From Eledone cirrhosa (Eukaryota): a DNA stretch of 64,000 nt. The notes under the pieces were generated by a model. The model saw only the letters and a list, made by a program, of their open reading frames with translations. It did no database searches and was not told the origin of the DNA. This document shows positions 27,111 to 41,185 of this stretch, piece by piece. The stretch lies in NCBI GenBank assembly GCA_964016885.1, contig OZ024741.1, positions 220,658,001 to 220,722,000 on the forward strand, written 5' to 3'. The number at the start of each line of letters is the position of its first letter. The stretch's first letter is position 1. The position numbers were made by a program, and so were the translations under genes.

Positions 27111-27814
27111 CACATACTCACACACATATATATACACACACATACATACATATACACACACATCCACATGCATACACATACAAACAACACTACAATAAAT
27201 TAGATAAATGAATCTCAAAGGGACATAACCCACGTACATACGTACACACGCACGCAATAAGAAATCAACACACGCATACAAATAAACATATACGTAAATC
27301 CATACACACACATATATAACACATATATACAAAAACATATATACAAACACATGCATATATACAAATACATATAAACAAATATATACATACATATATATAT
27401 ATAAACAAACACACACTCATATATATATATACACACATACACACACATACATATAACTATAAAAACACGTATATATGTAAGTACACATAAGCCTGTCTGC
27501 ATATGCGCCCACATACAACCTTATGTGAGTACACTTAAAAACCTAGTGGGTAAGTAGGGACAAAGGGGAGTAAAACTGAAATAAAATAATAAAAACAAAT
27601 ATTAAGAACATGTAAGGGAGAAAAGGGGTGTAGAAGTAGTAGTAGAGAGTATTTGTGATGAGATCTGGATAAGGGTATATAGTTAAAAGGTGATCTGGGT
27701 AAAGGTGGTGGGTGTGTACGTATTAAAGGTATGGTAGATAGTAGGGGGGGGGTATAAGTCAAATGATATATAGAAAGTGATGAGGGAGAAAAAGTATAAG
27801 AAAAATAATACTTC

Positions 27815-28360
27815 AAATTAGAACTATGACTGACTTATCTCAATGGTTAAATACATCCTCTGTTATTTCTTGGTTTAATAACATACAAGGAAAAAATAAG
27901 TGTAGATTTACCCAATTTGATATTATTGATTTTTATCCCTCTATTACTGAATCTTTATTAACAAAAGCCTTAGATTTTGCTATACTTTTCATTAATTGTT
28001 TCTACTTTAGGCACAAGGCCATCAATTACCCAGTGCATTACTGGTACTTTATTTTATCGACTCCGTAAGGATGAAAGGCAAAGTTAACCTCGGCGGGATT
28101 TGAACTCAGATCGTAAAGGGACGTAACTATGCTGGAAGGCATGGCGTCCGACCCTCTACCGATACTGCCAATCCACCGCCAAATACTTTTCATTAATATC
28201 TCTGAATTAGAAGAAGACGTTATCTTTCATGCTAGGAAAACACTACTCTTTGCTAATGAAGGTACTTAGGTTAAAAAATCAAGCCCTGAAAACTCTTTTG
28301 ATGTTGCGATGGGCTCATATGATAGTGCCGATGTGTGCGACTTAGTAGGATTATTCCTCC
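27815..28360 (+). pseudogene. Penelope-like (Naiad-type) reverse transcriptase fragment interrupted by a SINE
   Basis: QWLNTSSVISWF..FTQFDIIDFYPSITESLLTKALDFA; after removing the SINE continues in frame IFHARKTLLF..*VKK..FDVAMGSYDSADVCDLVGLFL. Confidence 0.85.
27997..28182 (-). mobile_element. SINE family A with 15-bp TSD
   Basis: ATACTTTTCATTAAT at 27982-27996 and 28183-28197. Confidence 0.9.
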
Positions 28361-29018
28361 CCATACACTTAAAGAGAAATTTTACCCAGATCACCTTTTA
28401 ACTATATACCCTTATCCAGATCTCATCACAAATACTCTCTACTACTACTTTTACAGCCCTTTCCTCCCTTACATGTTCTTAATATTTGTTTTTATTATTT
28501 TATTTCAGTTTTACTCCCCTTTGTCCTCACTTACCCACTAGGTTTTTAAGTGTACTCACATAAGGTTGTATGTGGGCGCATATGCATATGCAGACAGGCT
28601 TATGTGTACTTACATATATACGTGTTTTATATTTATATCTATGTGTGTGTGTGTATATATATATATATGTGTGTGTATATATGTGTGTGTGTGTGTTTGT
28701 TTATATATATATATGTATGTATATATTTGTTTATATGTATTTGTATATATGCATGTGTTTGTATATATGTTTTTGTATATATGTGTTATATATGTGTGTG
28801 TATGGATTTACGTGTATGTTCATTTGTATGCGTGTGTTGATCTCTTATTGCGTGCGTGTGAGCGCACGCGTATGTGTACGTATGTACGTGGGTTATGTAC
28901 CTTTGAGATTCATTTATCTAATTTATTGTAGTGATTTTTTTGTATGTGTTTGCATGTGGATGTGTGTGTATATGTATGTATGTTTGTGTATATATATATG
29001 TGTGTCTGTGTATGTGTA

Positions 29019-29078
<60 letters not shown>

Positions 29079-29336
29079 TGTATGTGTATATGCACGTATT
29101 TTTATTTTTTATATATATATATATATATACACATATATATATATGTGTGTTTGAATGTGTGTATAGGTATATATGCATGTATATATGTATATGTATGTGT
29201 ATATGTATATATATGTATATGCATATCTTGTGTATTTGTTTATATTTAATTTTCCCCCTCTCCCCCACACACTACAACCTATCATTGTCAACACGTCCCC
29301 CCTTTTTTACTTTATTTTGATTTTGATTTTTACTTT

Positions 29337-29369
<33 letters not shown>

Positions 29370-29376
<7 letters not shown>

Positions 29377-30200
29377 AAACACTAATACAATCATATAAGT
29401 GTTTGTATTGCAAATGACCAAGTTAGCTAGATTGAAAAATACTAATTAGATTAATACAGTTTGCCTGTCTCGATTTAAAATAATAAATCTATAAAAACAA
29501 ACCCATATTGGCAATAGCCGTGGTACTTGGACAAATTTAAATTTCAAAATCCAAACCTGTTCCGTAGATAAGTTTAAACTTCAAAACCCAAATAAGTTTC
29601 GATAATTGAAAAAGTGAAAAATTCCATCTTCTGTTCTCATCAGCAAGTACCCAGAAAAATTGGTGTTTCACCTCAAAATATTAAGGACTGATAGACGCAC
29701 ATGGTTTTTCAGCTCCTAGCTACTCCATACTCGTGCTGCTAGAAATAACAGCGGTTTTTATGGGACTAAAATTTAGCTCAACAAAAGGAGCCGTTATACT
29801 ATATATATAGAGTTATAAACTCAAACAGTCTTTTACAATTAATTAGCTCAAAGAAAGAAGTATTTCTGAGCCGTGAAATACAAGTTAATATAAATTAATA
29901 TATATGATAAATACTAATACAATCATATAAGTGTTTGTATTGCAAATGACCAAGTTTGCTAGATTGAAAAATACTAATTAGATTAATACAGTTTGCCTGT
30001 GTCGATTTAAAATAATAAATCAATAAAAACAAACCCATATTGGCAATAGCCGTGGTACTTGGACAAATTTAAATTTCAAAATATCGAAACCTGTTCCGTA
30101 GATAAGTTTAAACTTCAAAACCCAAATAAGTTTCGATAATTGAAAAAGTGAAAAATTCCATCTTCTGTAAAAGACTGTTTGAGTTTATAACTCTATATAT
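29370..30200. repeat. Insertion with ~260-bp direct repeats (29370-29633, 29902-30168)
   Basis: ATGATAAAyACTAATACAATCATATAAGTG..CCATCTTCTGT twice; possible minus-strand hammerhead ~29572-29648. Confidence 0.8.
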
Positions 30201-30203
30201 ATA

Positions 30204-30262
<59 letters not shown>

Positions 30263-30519
30263 ATTTTTTGTTCTTATTTATTTATTAATTATTCCTGCTC
30301 CCTTACTACTTCCCAGTTCGAGAGTGCATATATATCTGTGTATGTGTATGTGTATGTATTTATGTATATATCTGTGTATATGTATGTGTGTGTATTTATG
30401 ATCCTGTCCGTATCTCTTTGTAGACGTAAATACCCTTATCTGAGAAAGTATACGTCTACGTACTATTAGGTATATGCGCGTAGTTGAGTGTGTGTATGTT
30501 TACATTCTGGCTATTTATA

Positions 30520-30551
<32 letters not shown>

Positions 30552-30660
30552 GCCCTCTTTCCTTTTCGCCCGTTTTTTTTTTAGCCTCACTTTCATATTT
30601 CCTCAATTTTGTTTTCAAATCCATATTTAATGAAAAAAAACAAAAAAAACATGTTTTTTA

Positions 30661-30721
30661 TTCATTCTGACGACTGAAGACACACACAACATCTGTCTTC
30701 AAGAAACCACTGGTAAATGAA
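30661..30721 (+). ncRNA. Type I hammerhead ribozyme (right pLTR arm)
   Basis: ttcatt-CTGACGA-ctgaagaca..tgtcttcaa-GAAA-ccactgg-TA-aatgaa. Confidence 0.8.
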
Positions 30722-30827
30722 ATAATTATCTTATGTTGTTTATTACATAACTAATAAGCTCTGTAGCCTACATAGAGCATTCTTTTTTCCTGTACCTTTC
30801 TGACGGAAATACTTCACACACACACAT

Positions 30828-30873
<46 letters not shown>

Positions 30874-31281
30874 CCCTGGACATACTATCATAATTACACC
30901 TATATATAAACTCTTAGCCCTTCAGCCATACCTATACCTATATATATATATAAATGCTAGGCCCCTCAGTCATACTTATACCTATATATATATAAATTCT
31001 TTGTCACACTACCATACCTACACACCTATATACTCATTCTTGGCCACACTGCCATACATACACCTACCTATAAAATAAATTTACCTCGACTATGACGACA
31101 AAGTTTTCATTGAAATAATATAAGCTACCCATTCCTTAAACAGGTGGCTGTTGTCTCGGCTGGAATGGTTTGATCATTGTTGGGAGCTGGCTTAAGACTA
31201 AACAACAACAATAACATCTCTAATCTTTTCATATTTCCCAAAATGCAAAACTTGGACACACCCTTAGTGTTATGTCCTGGA

Positions 31282-31420
31282 GTTACTGGGTATTTCGTTC
31301 ATACAACATATACCTTCATACAGGTGAGAATTACTGGGTATTTCGGTCATACAACATATACCTTCATACAGCTGAGAATTAATGGGTATTTCGGTCATAC
31401 AACATATACCCTCATACATG
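31282..31420. repeat. 48-bp tandem repeat, 3 copies
   Basis: TTACTGGGTATTTCGGTCATACAACATATACCTTCATACAG recurs. Confidence 0.85.
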
Positions 31421-31424
31421 TGAA

Positions 31425-31555
31425 GGTACATGGGTTAGTGGTTAGAGCAATCGAAAGGTTGTGAGTTCAATTCTCAGACCGGGTAATGCGTTGTGTCCTT
31501 GAGCAAGACACTTTATTTAACGTTGCTCCAGTTTACTCAGCTGTAGAAATGAGAT
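31425..31555 (+). mobile_element. SINE family B head
   Basis: CATGGGTTAGTGGTTAGAGC (A box), GAGTTCAATTC (B box), TGTGTCCTTGAGCAAGACAC core. Confidence 0.8.
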
Positions 31556-32554
31556 GATAGGACTGGTCCCTATCGTTAAATTACTCAAGACACCTCCAAC
31601 GAGATATACCTTGGAGGAGGCCAGCTAAACCTGCATAGGTGTGAGCTGTCACACACACACAGGTGATGCAAACTTTGTTTATCACACCTCACTCTAGCGG
31701 TAACATAGATGACAGCACCAACACATGGCAGGGAAGGATAGATCTGGGCCTAAACAACAACAACAACAACACTAAAAATAGCAGAAATAGCACTAAAACA
31801 GGAAAGACGAGGCCTGGTAGATGAATGCTAACCGGGGTCCGAACAACAACAACAACAACAACACTACCAATAACAGCAACATCACTAAACCATGAAAGAT
31901 GAGGTCTGGTAGATGAAGGCAGTCCTAGGCCTAAACAACAGTAATAATTATTCCTTCGAATATTGACACAGGGTCATCAATTTCTGAGAATGGAAAAGTC
32001 AATTATATCGACATCAGTATCACAACTGGTACTTTATTTTATCATCGAGTTCGGGTCGATGAAAGGCAGAATATGACATCGACAAGATTTGAATCTAGAA
32101 CGGAGAAAGCCGTAACCACAAATAATGTTCCCTGGTGCTCTACCGATTCTGTCAAGATTCCGTCCTCTTAAATAACAGCAACAATCCCAAAACATGACAG
32201 AAGAGATCTGGTAAATAAGGGTTTATTTGGGACTAAACAACAACAATAATAAGATCAATAACACCACCAATGCATGAAAAAAGATAATAATATCCGTTCA
32301 AATCACATGGCAAATACTTTCCACCACCCGCCACCTATATCATTGCAATGGAAATAAGTGTAATTCTTTCAATGCATCATTAATAATTTGTACTCCATGC
32401 CCGTCGCCATTTTGATGTTTGTTTTTGCTTTGATTCCCTCCATTTCTGTGTGTCTTCCATTTTTCTTTTCTTTCTTATGTAACAATCATTTGATGACATT
32501 TTTAGATACTGTTTCGACGTCATTTTTTTGTTGCCGTTATTGTTATTATTGTTG

Positions 32555-32684
<130 letters not shown>

Positions 32685-32836
32685 CGCTTGCAAGAAAAGA
32701 ATGTCTGTACTGGGAATATTTAGTCTTTAATTTGCGTCAGATATGATGTGATAACAAACATCATTTACTTTGAAGCAAGCAGCCGACTGCAAACAGAAAT
32801 TTAGGCGGGAAAATGGTGAGAGGGAAATAAGTTGAG

Positions 32837-32920
<84 letters not shown>

Positions 32921-33295
32921 CTGTGAGAAAAGTAATGCAGTTTCATTTTGTTCTCATGCCATATATTCTTATATATAAAAAAAAATAATAAATACGTTCG
33001 CACGCACTCTCTTCGTTTTGTATTGTCTGTATTCTCTGTTCGGATATATATATATGATTTAACATATAGAATTGCCTAGACAAAATTTATACAAATGCCA
33101 TGCGTATATATATATATATATATATATACATAGAAAGGATAAAAAGGACGATTGATTATTCCTTCATTGCATTTATTGATAGGTGACGCGCGTTTCGCCA
33201 CTGATCAGCTCAAGGTTCGATCTATATCGATCTTACCCGACTCAATACTCCGCAGCTCGACGGACCTTCCTGAAATGCTATAAGAAAAATGTATA

Positions 33296-33327
<32 letters not shown>

Positions 33328-33333
33328 AATGTA

Positions 33334-33429
<96 letters not shown>

Positions 33430-33599
33430 GAGAGAGAGAAATCTTTATATACATACATGAGTGCAACGGAATAAGAAGTTCTGGTAAATTCCGATTCATA
33501 AATTCTATACAGCTGTTTCTGAGAGTAAGAGAAACAGTATCAAATCACCAATAAATGGCATCATAAAGACTAAACAACCCATCATAAGTAGAAATGTCG

Positions 33600-33893
33600 T
33601 ACTAAACACATTAGAAACGACTAACCACCATAGATTCAAAACAGGATGTGAACTCATAGTGACTATTTTTGTACTCGAGTTGACCTGGGCTTTTTTCAGA
33701 CAATATTTTTAATAATTTGATATATTAATCAAACTTTTAATATATATATAATATTAAAAGTTTGATTAATGCATCAAATTATTAAAAATATTGTCTGAAT
33801 AAAGCCCAGGTCAACCCGAGTACAAAAATAGTCACTGTGAGTTCACATCCTGTTTTGAATCTATGCTGGTTAGTCGTTTCTAATGTGTTTAGT
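33600..33893. repeat. Fold-back inverted repeat, ~140-bp arms centred on (TA)n
   Basis: ACTAAACACATTAGAAACGACTAACC... mirrored by ...GGTTAGTCGTTTCTAATGTGTTTAGT. Confidence 0.9.
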
Positions 33894-33907
33894 AAGATAT
33901 ATATATA

Positions 33908-35050
33908 TATAATAATAATATATATGTAGTAAGAAACACAGTAAATCGTGTGTCTAATATTACGAGGGTTGAAAGAGCACATTTGTTTGAAATATTTAAC
34001 CATGAAGCAGACAGAATGATAAAATAAAATAAAATTATATTATACAAACCGCCTCAATAACAATTATATCTCTCGGACAGATTAGGGATTAATCTGTTTC
34101 GCCCTGAGTGTGTTTGTAACAGATATATATATTATTATATATATATTACATATATATTATTATTATAATTGTTTCTAGGGCGGTGGATTGGCAGTATCGG
34201 TAGAGGGTCGGACGCCATGCTTTCCAGCATAGTTACGTCCCTTTACGATCTGAGTTCAAATCCCGCCGAGGTTGACTTTGCCTTTCATCCTTACGGGGAC
34301 GATAAAATAAAGTACCAGTAATGCACTGGATAATTGCTGGCCTTGTGCCTAAAGTAGAAACAATTATTATAATTGTTTCTATTTTAGGCACAAGGCCAGC
34401 AATTAACCAGTACATTGCTGGTACTTTATTTTATCGACCCCGTAAGGATGAAAGGCAAAGTTAACCTCGGCTGATTTGAACTCAGATCATAAAGGGACGT
34501 AACTCTATGCTTCAAAGCATGGTGTCCGACTCTCTACCGATACTGCCAATCCACCGCCATTATTATTATTATAATGCTCGGTATTTATACTTTGAGCTTA
34601 TTGATTACAGGGTTTCAGTAAGAGTTATTAACTCTAACTTTCATTTATATTTCGGCTCCCTCAAGAGGTGAGCTTATTAAGTTGCGTGTGTTGGACTGTT
34701 GTTTCTAACCAATACACTCATACCACTTTTGACTTACGGCACACGAGGTGATTAATTCATTTTTCTGTGTGAACGTTGGTACTAGGTGTTTGTCGCATTT
34801 AATCAGATTCTCTCGCTTATGATGTCCATGGATTATCTGTTACAAACACACTCAGGGCGAAACAGATTAATCCCTAATCTGTCCGAGAGATATAATTGTT
34901 ATTGAGGCGGTTTGTATAATATAATTTTATTTTATTTTATCATTCTGTCTGCTTCATGGTTAAATATTTCAAACAAATGTGGTTCTTCAACCCTCGTAAT
35001 ATGAGACACACGGTTTACTGTGTTTCTTACTACATATATATTATTATTAT
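33908..35050. repeat. Inverted repeat with ~215-bp arms (33908-34125, 34833-35050) enclosing a SINE pair
   Basis: Arms are reverse complements; related fragment at 9612-9705. Confidence 0.85.
34178..34558. mobile_element. Tail-to-tail SINE family A pair (34178-34368 plus; 34370-34558 minus)
   Basis: Plus copy GGCGGTGGATTGGCAGTATCGGTAGAG..GAGTTCAAATCCC..AAAGTAGAAACAATTAT; flanked by ATTATAATTGTTTCTA direct repeat. Confidence 0.9.
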
Positions 35051-35118
35051 AATGCTCGATTTATACTTTGAGCTTATTGATTACAGGGTTTCAGTAAGAG
35101 TTATTAATTCTAACTTTC

Positions 35119-35197
<79 letters not shown>

Positions 35198-35221
35198 TGT
35201 AATAAACAACGTAAGACAATT

Positions 35222-35296
35222 ATTCCATTTACCAAAGGTTTCACGAAGACAGATGAGCTCAACACAGACGTCTGAAATCGCTCATCAGAATGAAAA
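35222..35296 (-). ncRNA. Type I hammerhead, relative of the 30661 family
   Basis: tttcatt-CTGATGA-gcga..tcgt-GAAA-cctttgg-TA-aatggaa; adjacent TTATGTAATAAACAAC as at 25970. Confidence 0.7.
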
Positions 35297-35362
35297 TTTA
35301 ATAGCTCTGGAGCTCTGGAGCACTCTCCTTTCCTTTACCCTTCCTACGGAAATACTTCATAA

Positions 35363-35475
<113 letters not shown>

Positions 35476-36105
35476 CAATAAAAACAAAAATAATAATATT
35501 GCACGTATGCGTATATCTACCGACAAAGTAAATATGTGTACACTCGGACAAAGTGACAGGCACAACATGCTACTAGAAATAGCAGTCAATATGGGCTGTG
35601 ACTCAGCTCACTATTTATTCTTGCACCATGTTGGTTCGATGAGAAATGGTTACGTTCTCTCTTAACGGGTATTTATATATTTCTTATAACTTACAGAATA
35701 CCCTCTGATGAAAATCTTCTGTGCTAATGACGGGTATATCAATCTAATGGAATGGTCAGACGTATTCTTCAGTTTTGAAACTGCAGTCCGGAAGTTTAGG
35801 GAGGTTTCCTATTTTTAGGTTGCTTAACAGTGAATGTGTCCCTAGGGAAAGATGCTTATGAAGTCTTCTTTTTAAAGTACTGTACTGGGATCTACCCTTC
35901 ACTGGTTTTGTATGAGATGTTCTATATATATATTTGCTTCTCTGAATGAGACTGTTTTAGCGATCAATTTTCATTACTCAGATGTTATGTATATTCGTGA
36001 CAAATTTAATTATGTATAATATATACGCATGCACACACACACCTACCCCCCCCCCCACCCCACACACACATACATATTTGTATGAGCGGGTATAGATTAA
36101 TACAA

Positions 36106-36145
<40 letters not shown>

Positions 36146-36284
36146 TCATATTTCATTAGTCTTTATAATTTTCCAATTTGGAAAGAAATATCAGTTGGTG
36201 GGTTTCGATGTTTTAATATACAATTCTCCGTTTTGATTGAGATTTATTTTTTAAATCAAATTGATAATAATAACAAATAACAAC

Positions 36285-36390
<106 letters not shown>

Positions 36391-36835
36391 GTAATATAAA
36401 TAAATAAATAATTAATTAATTAATTAATTTTGAAAATGAGAATAAGTGAATATAATATATATGAAATATTTTCTGCACTTGCTGTATAGTAAGCTAATTA
36501 GTTAATTAAAATTGTTGCTAGTTAAAGATTGAGTGAACAATTGTATATCTTGTAGGAAGTACTTTATCACGTGACAGTGGAGATATTGTCTAGTGCCTAA
36601 GAGGTAGAGAAGTACAACTAGTAGACAAATAAATAGAGATTCTGATTGGTACAGAAACATATGAGGTACTAGCAAACAGAGACCTATGAAAGACAGCGTG
36701 CACCACTGTGTGCGAAAATATATGTATATATATATATATATAGGTATTATATGTATGTATATATATAAGTGTGTATTTGTGTGTGTGTGTGAGAGTGTAT
36801 ATGTGTGTGTATATATATGTATATATATATATATA

Positions 36836-36892
<57 letters not shown>

Positions 36893-36932
36893 AAGTATAT
36901 ATATATATATATATAAATATATCTGTGTATAC

Positions 36933-37023
<91 letters not shown>

Positions 37024-37234
37024 CAGATGAATAAAAGATAGGGAAGCGAAAATCAACCAAACAGTGAGTGTGTTCTGTTATTATTTCTGGCAATATTTAA
37101 TACAAGAATATTAATATTACAATATGACCCTCCCCAAGTGTAACAATATTTGTTTCGACACGCGATTTCATATAAAAAACCTCGCAAAACAAATATAAAT
37201 ATATATATACATATAAATATATACATATATACAT

Positions 37235-37269
<35 letters not shown>

Positions 37270-37898
37270 CAATACATTAACAGAGAAAGCGTTAAGCTAT
37301 ACTCTGACTGGCTTCCATCTCACTCAACAAACATTAGGATATACCTTAGTATAATCCCAATTTTACGTTTGGGGTGCTAACTATATGTATTTTGCGGAAG
37401 GCCAGTTGTATTATTTTATATGAGACATAATAAAATATATCTCCCTTTCCAAACAATTGTTTCATTATAAGTTTTCTACAAGTTGGGAGAATGTGTCCGG
37501 GTTATGTAGAAGCCTTCACATATTCCGTAGGAATATATGCAGGTGGGCACTTATAAATCTTCAGTGGATGCCCGTCAAACATCGATATAAAAAAATTCTC
37601 TTACCGATGTCTAATCCCATGTCAGCGATGGTCTCTCTCCGTATCAGAATGACCGCCAAATTTGAAATTCCAGCAGTCTCAGTATGAGGAATCTCACACT
37701 GTCTTCAAGCGGAAAGAGTAGGTCATCGCGAAACACAAGGAAGTCAAATAATATACACGTGGGTCAATTAATTTTTTCAACAATTTTAACCTTGCGTGTG
37801 AAGAACTCAATTAGATTTTAAAAAAAAATATATATATATATTCATATAAATTTATATGTATATATAGAGAGAGAGAGAGACAGAGAGAGAGAGAGAGA

Positions 37899-38110
37899 AG
37901 ATCGACTTTCGTCGTATCGGACCGAGGAAAGAATGTTTCCGTTGGTCTTTCCAATTGCTAATACTATCTATCGGTCGCAACTCCAGGTAGAAGGAGCAAC
38001 GTCAAATAAAGTGTCTTGCTCAAGGACATAACACATCGCACGGTCTAGCAATCGAACACACAACCTCACGATTGTGAATCCAATTCTGCACCACACAGCC
38101 ACGCGCCCTA
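37899..38110 (-). mobile_element. SINE family B subfamily (second copy 54692-54835, plus)
   Basis: GTGTCTTGCTCAAGGACATAAC core plus a shared body GACCGAGGAAA..CCGTTGGTCTTTCCAATTGCTAATAC. Confidence 0.75.
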
Positions 38111-38116
38111 ACTATA

Positions 38117-38325
<209 letters not shown>

Positions 38326-38412
38326 TCCCCCACCTACCCCCCACTCTCCTGAGCGTGAATTTAATAAACATTTGTCGTACTGCCTCTCTGTTCTGTCCCT
38401 GTTCAATTTTTC

Positions 38413-38484
<72 letters not shown>

Positions 38485-38611
38485 AAATTAAGATAAATCA
38501 AGATGATTTCATTCTAAATCAAAATTATGGGTGTCATGCCAGAAAGGCATACGCCATATATATATATACATATATACATACATATATATATATATACATA
38601 TATATAATTAA

Positions 38612-38670
<59 letters not shown>

Positions 38671-38979
38671 CATATATATAATTAAATACATATATATATA
38701 TATATAAATTTATACGTGTATATTTATGTGTATGCATGTATATGTATGTATATGTGTATGTGTATATATAAATGTATGTCTGTATATGTATTTATATGTA
38801 TGAGTATATATAAATGTATATTTATACATGTGTATGTTTGTATGTGTATGTCTGTGTGTATATGTACATGTGTATACACACGTGTTCTATTATTCCTCTC
38901 CATCAGTCCTGCTATATATATTATAATGTCACAATGGCTGTATGCATTTATTTACATATCTTATTTATTTACACACGAC

Positions 38980-39345
38980 CGTGACTTCTGGCGTCACGCA
39001 GTAATACAGAGTACCCGACCTCCCATGGGTACATGCTGAAGCATATAGACAATATGCCCCCCCCCCCCCCACCGCAAGGTGGTCGTGGAGGTGCCACGGC
39101 AAAAAAGCACCCAGCCCACACTGTAAAGTGGACGTGTAGGCGCCACGAAAAAGCACCTAGCACTCACTGTAAATGAGGTTGGTGTTAGGAAGGGCATCCA
39201 GCTGTAGAAATCAAGCCAGATCAGTTCCTGTATGAGCAAGGCATGGTCAGCCGACCAGACACTGCCCACAACAGGACAACCCGTCTAACCCATGCTAGCG
39301 TGGAAGAACGGACGTAAAACGGTGATGATGATGATGATGATGATC
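38980..39345 (+). mobile_element. SINE family C 3' part with RTE-like tail and (GAT)n end
   Basis: GGTGTTAGGAAGGGCATCCAGCTGTAGAAA..AACCCATGCTAGCGTGGAAGAACGGACGTAAAACGGT(GAT)n; recalled as a common octopus repeat. Confidence 0.65.
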
Positions 39346-39409
39346 TTTGCGTCTAAAATATAGTTTTCTATTTGATCACGTAAGTATACATATATGCATG
39401 TGTATATAA

Positions 39410-39479
<70 letters not shown>

Positions 39480-39562
39480 ATGTGTGTGTGCACATATATA
39501 TGTGTATATGTTTATACATATGCATATATGTATATACATATATATATGAGTATATTTGTATG

Positions 39563-39648
<86 letters not shown>

Positions 39649-39994
39649 ATATATGTGTATATATATAAATGTACAAGTATGTATATGAATTTATGTGTGT
39701 GTATTTATATATATATATTTTCTATTTATGTGTATGTATATATGCGTGTGTACATATATATATATATATGCATGTATATATATGTGCATATATATATGTA
39801 TATATATATGAGTGTATATGTATGTATTTATGTGTGCATATGTATGTATATATGTGTGTATATGTATATACATGTGTGTATATGTATGTATATGTGTGTG
39901 TATATATATATATATATATATGTATGTATATATATCTGTATATGTGTGTGTGTGTGTATATATATGTCTGTATATGTGTATATATTTATATATG

Positions 39995-40052
<58 letters not shown>

Positions 40053-40277
40053 TGTATATATATATGTGTATATATGTATGTATATGTGTGTGTATATACA
40101 TATGTATGTATATCTGTGTATATCTATGTATATATATATATATATATATATTTCTTAGAGACGGCACCTCATTTATTCATGTTTCTTTTCTCATTACTAG
40201 ATAAAGTTCATCAATATTCTCTAATTATAGGACTCATATACCTAGATGGGCGAATCGAAATCGATCAATCAATATAC

Positions 40278-40337
<60 letters not shown>

Positions 40338-40799
40338 ACGCATCTGTGTGTATATCATAGCGTTAGTTTGATGCCTGATTATATATATGTGTGTGTGCGT
40401 GTGTGTGTAATCACGCTGGAAATTGATTTAATGGAGAGTGAGAGCGTCCCTAAGCGGTGTTCAGATCTACAACACAATAGCAGCCAAGTCTTTCACAAAT
40501 CCTTCACCTTCTTTGAAAAGATATGTATAATTATGTAGTTCTTTATTACAAACAAGAGGAATGGTCATGGCTGGAAACTATATCAATTCTCAATTCGGTA
40601 TCGACTACAACAATATCACAAGAAGTTCGATATTCAATCAGGCGATATGTCATACTATTTTTACACAGGCCATTGCTCTTCGTTATTCCATCGTGACTGG
40701 GAGACGGGGAAGTATATTTTGAAAAATAAACCTCATTTGTTCATTCCATGAGAGTATCTTGGTCAGCCGACGCTCGTATATATATATATGTATATTATA

Positions 40800-40898
40800 C
40801 AGGGTGTCCCAAAAATTGTATGCAGACTTCAACAGCATTCTAATAAATATTGCCTGTACAGATAATCAAAGTGTGAATACATTTTTGGGGACACCCTG
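40800..40898. mobile_element. Tc1/mariner-type MITE
   Basis: TA|CAGGGTGTCCCAAAAAT ... ATTTTTGGGGACACCCTG terminal inverted repeats. Confidence 0.7.
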
Positions 40899-40984
40899 TG
40901 GTCCAATGCATGGGGATGCAGAACAATAATATGAGAGACGTAAAATAAGAAAATTATAGAAATTAACTTACTTACTAAAATTTC

Positions 40985-41066
40985 ACTCCAACTAATTAGT
41001 TTCTGAAAGGGAATAAACATAGTTTCCGAAGAAACGTACGGAGAAGCCTTTCGTCATCAGGGAAGT
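40985..41066 (-). ncRNA. Type I hammerhead with long stem II insertion
   Basis: acttcc-CTGATGA-c-gaaagg-(34 nt)-cctttc-a-GAAA-ctaattag-TT-ggagt; palindromic stem III. Confidence 0.65.
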
Positions 41067-41147
41067 CTATTCTCAGCTATGTTTCCAGGCAATACGTGGA
41101 CACAGGGAACTTATACAAAAATAATTCAGTGGATGGAAAAAAGCAAA

Positions 41148-41180
<33 letters not shown>

Positions 41181-41185
<5 letters not shown>

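Larger units (their letters stand above)
25965..30753 (+). mobile_element. Penelope-like element remnant: RT fragment flanked by inverted pseudo-LTR/3' UTR copies
   Basis: Arms ~25965-26470 with ~30255-30753 and ~26790-27705 with ~28380-29345 are reverse complements; each outer end carries a hammerhead. Confidence 0.75.

Noticed and set aside
34178-34270. tRNA genes at A/B-box sequences
   Set aside because: No cloverleaf; these are heads of multi-copy SINEs with TSDs
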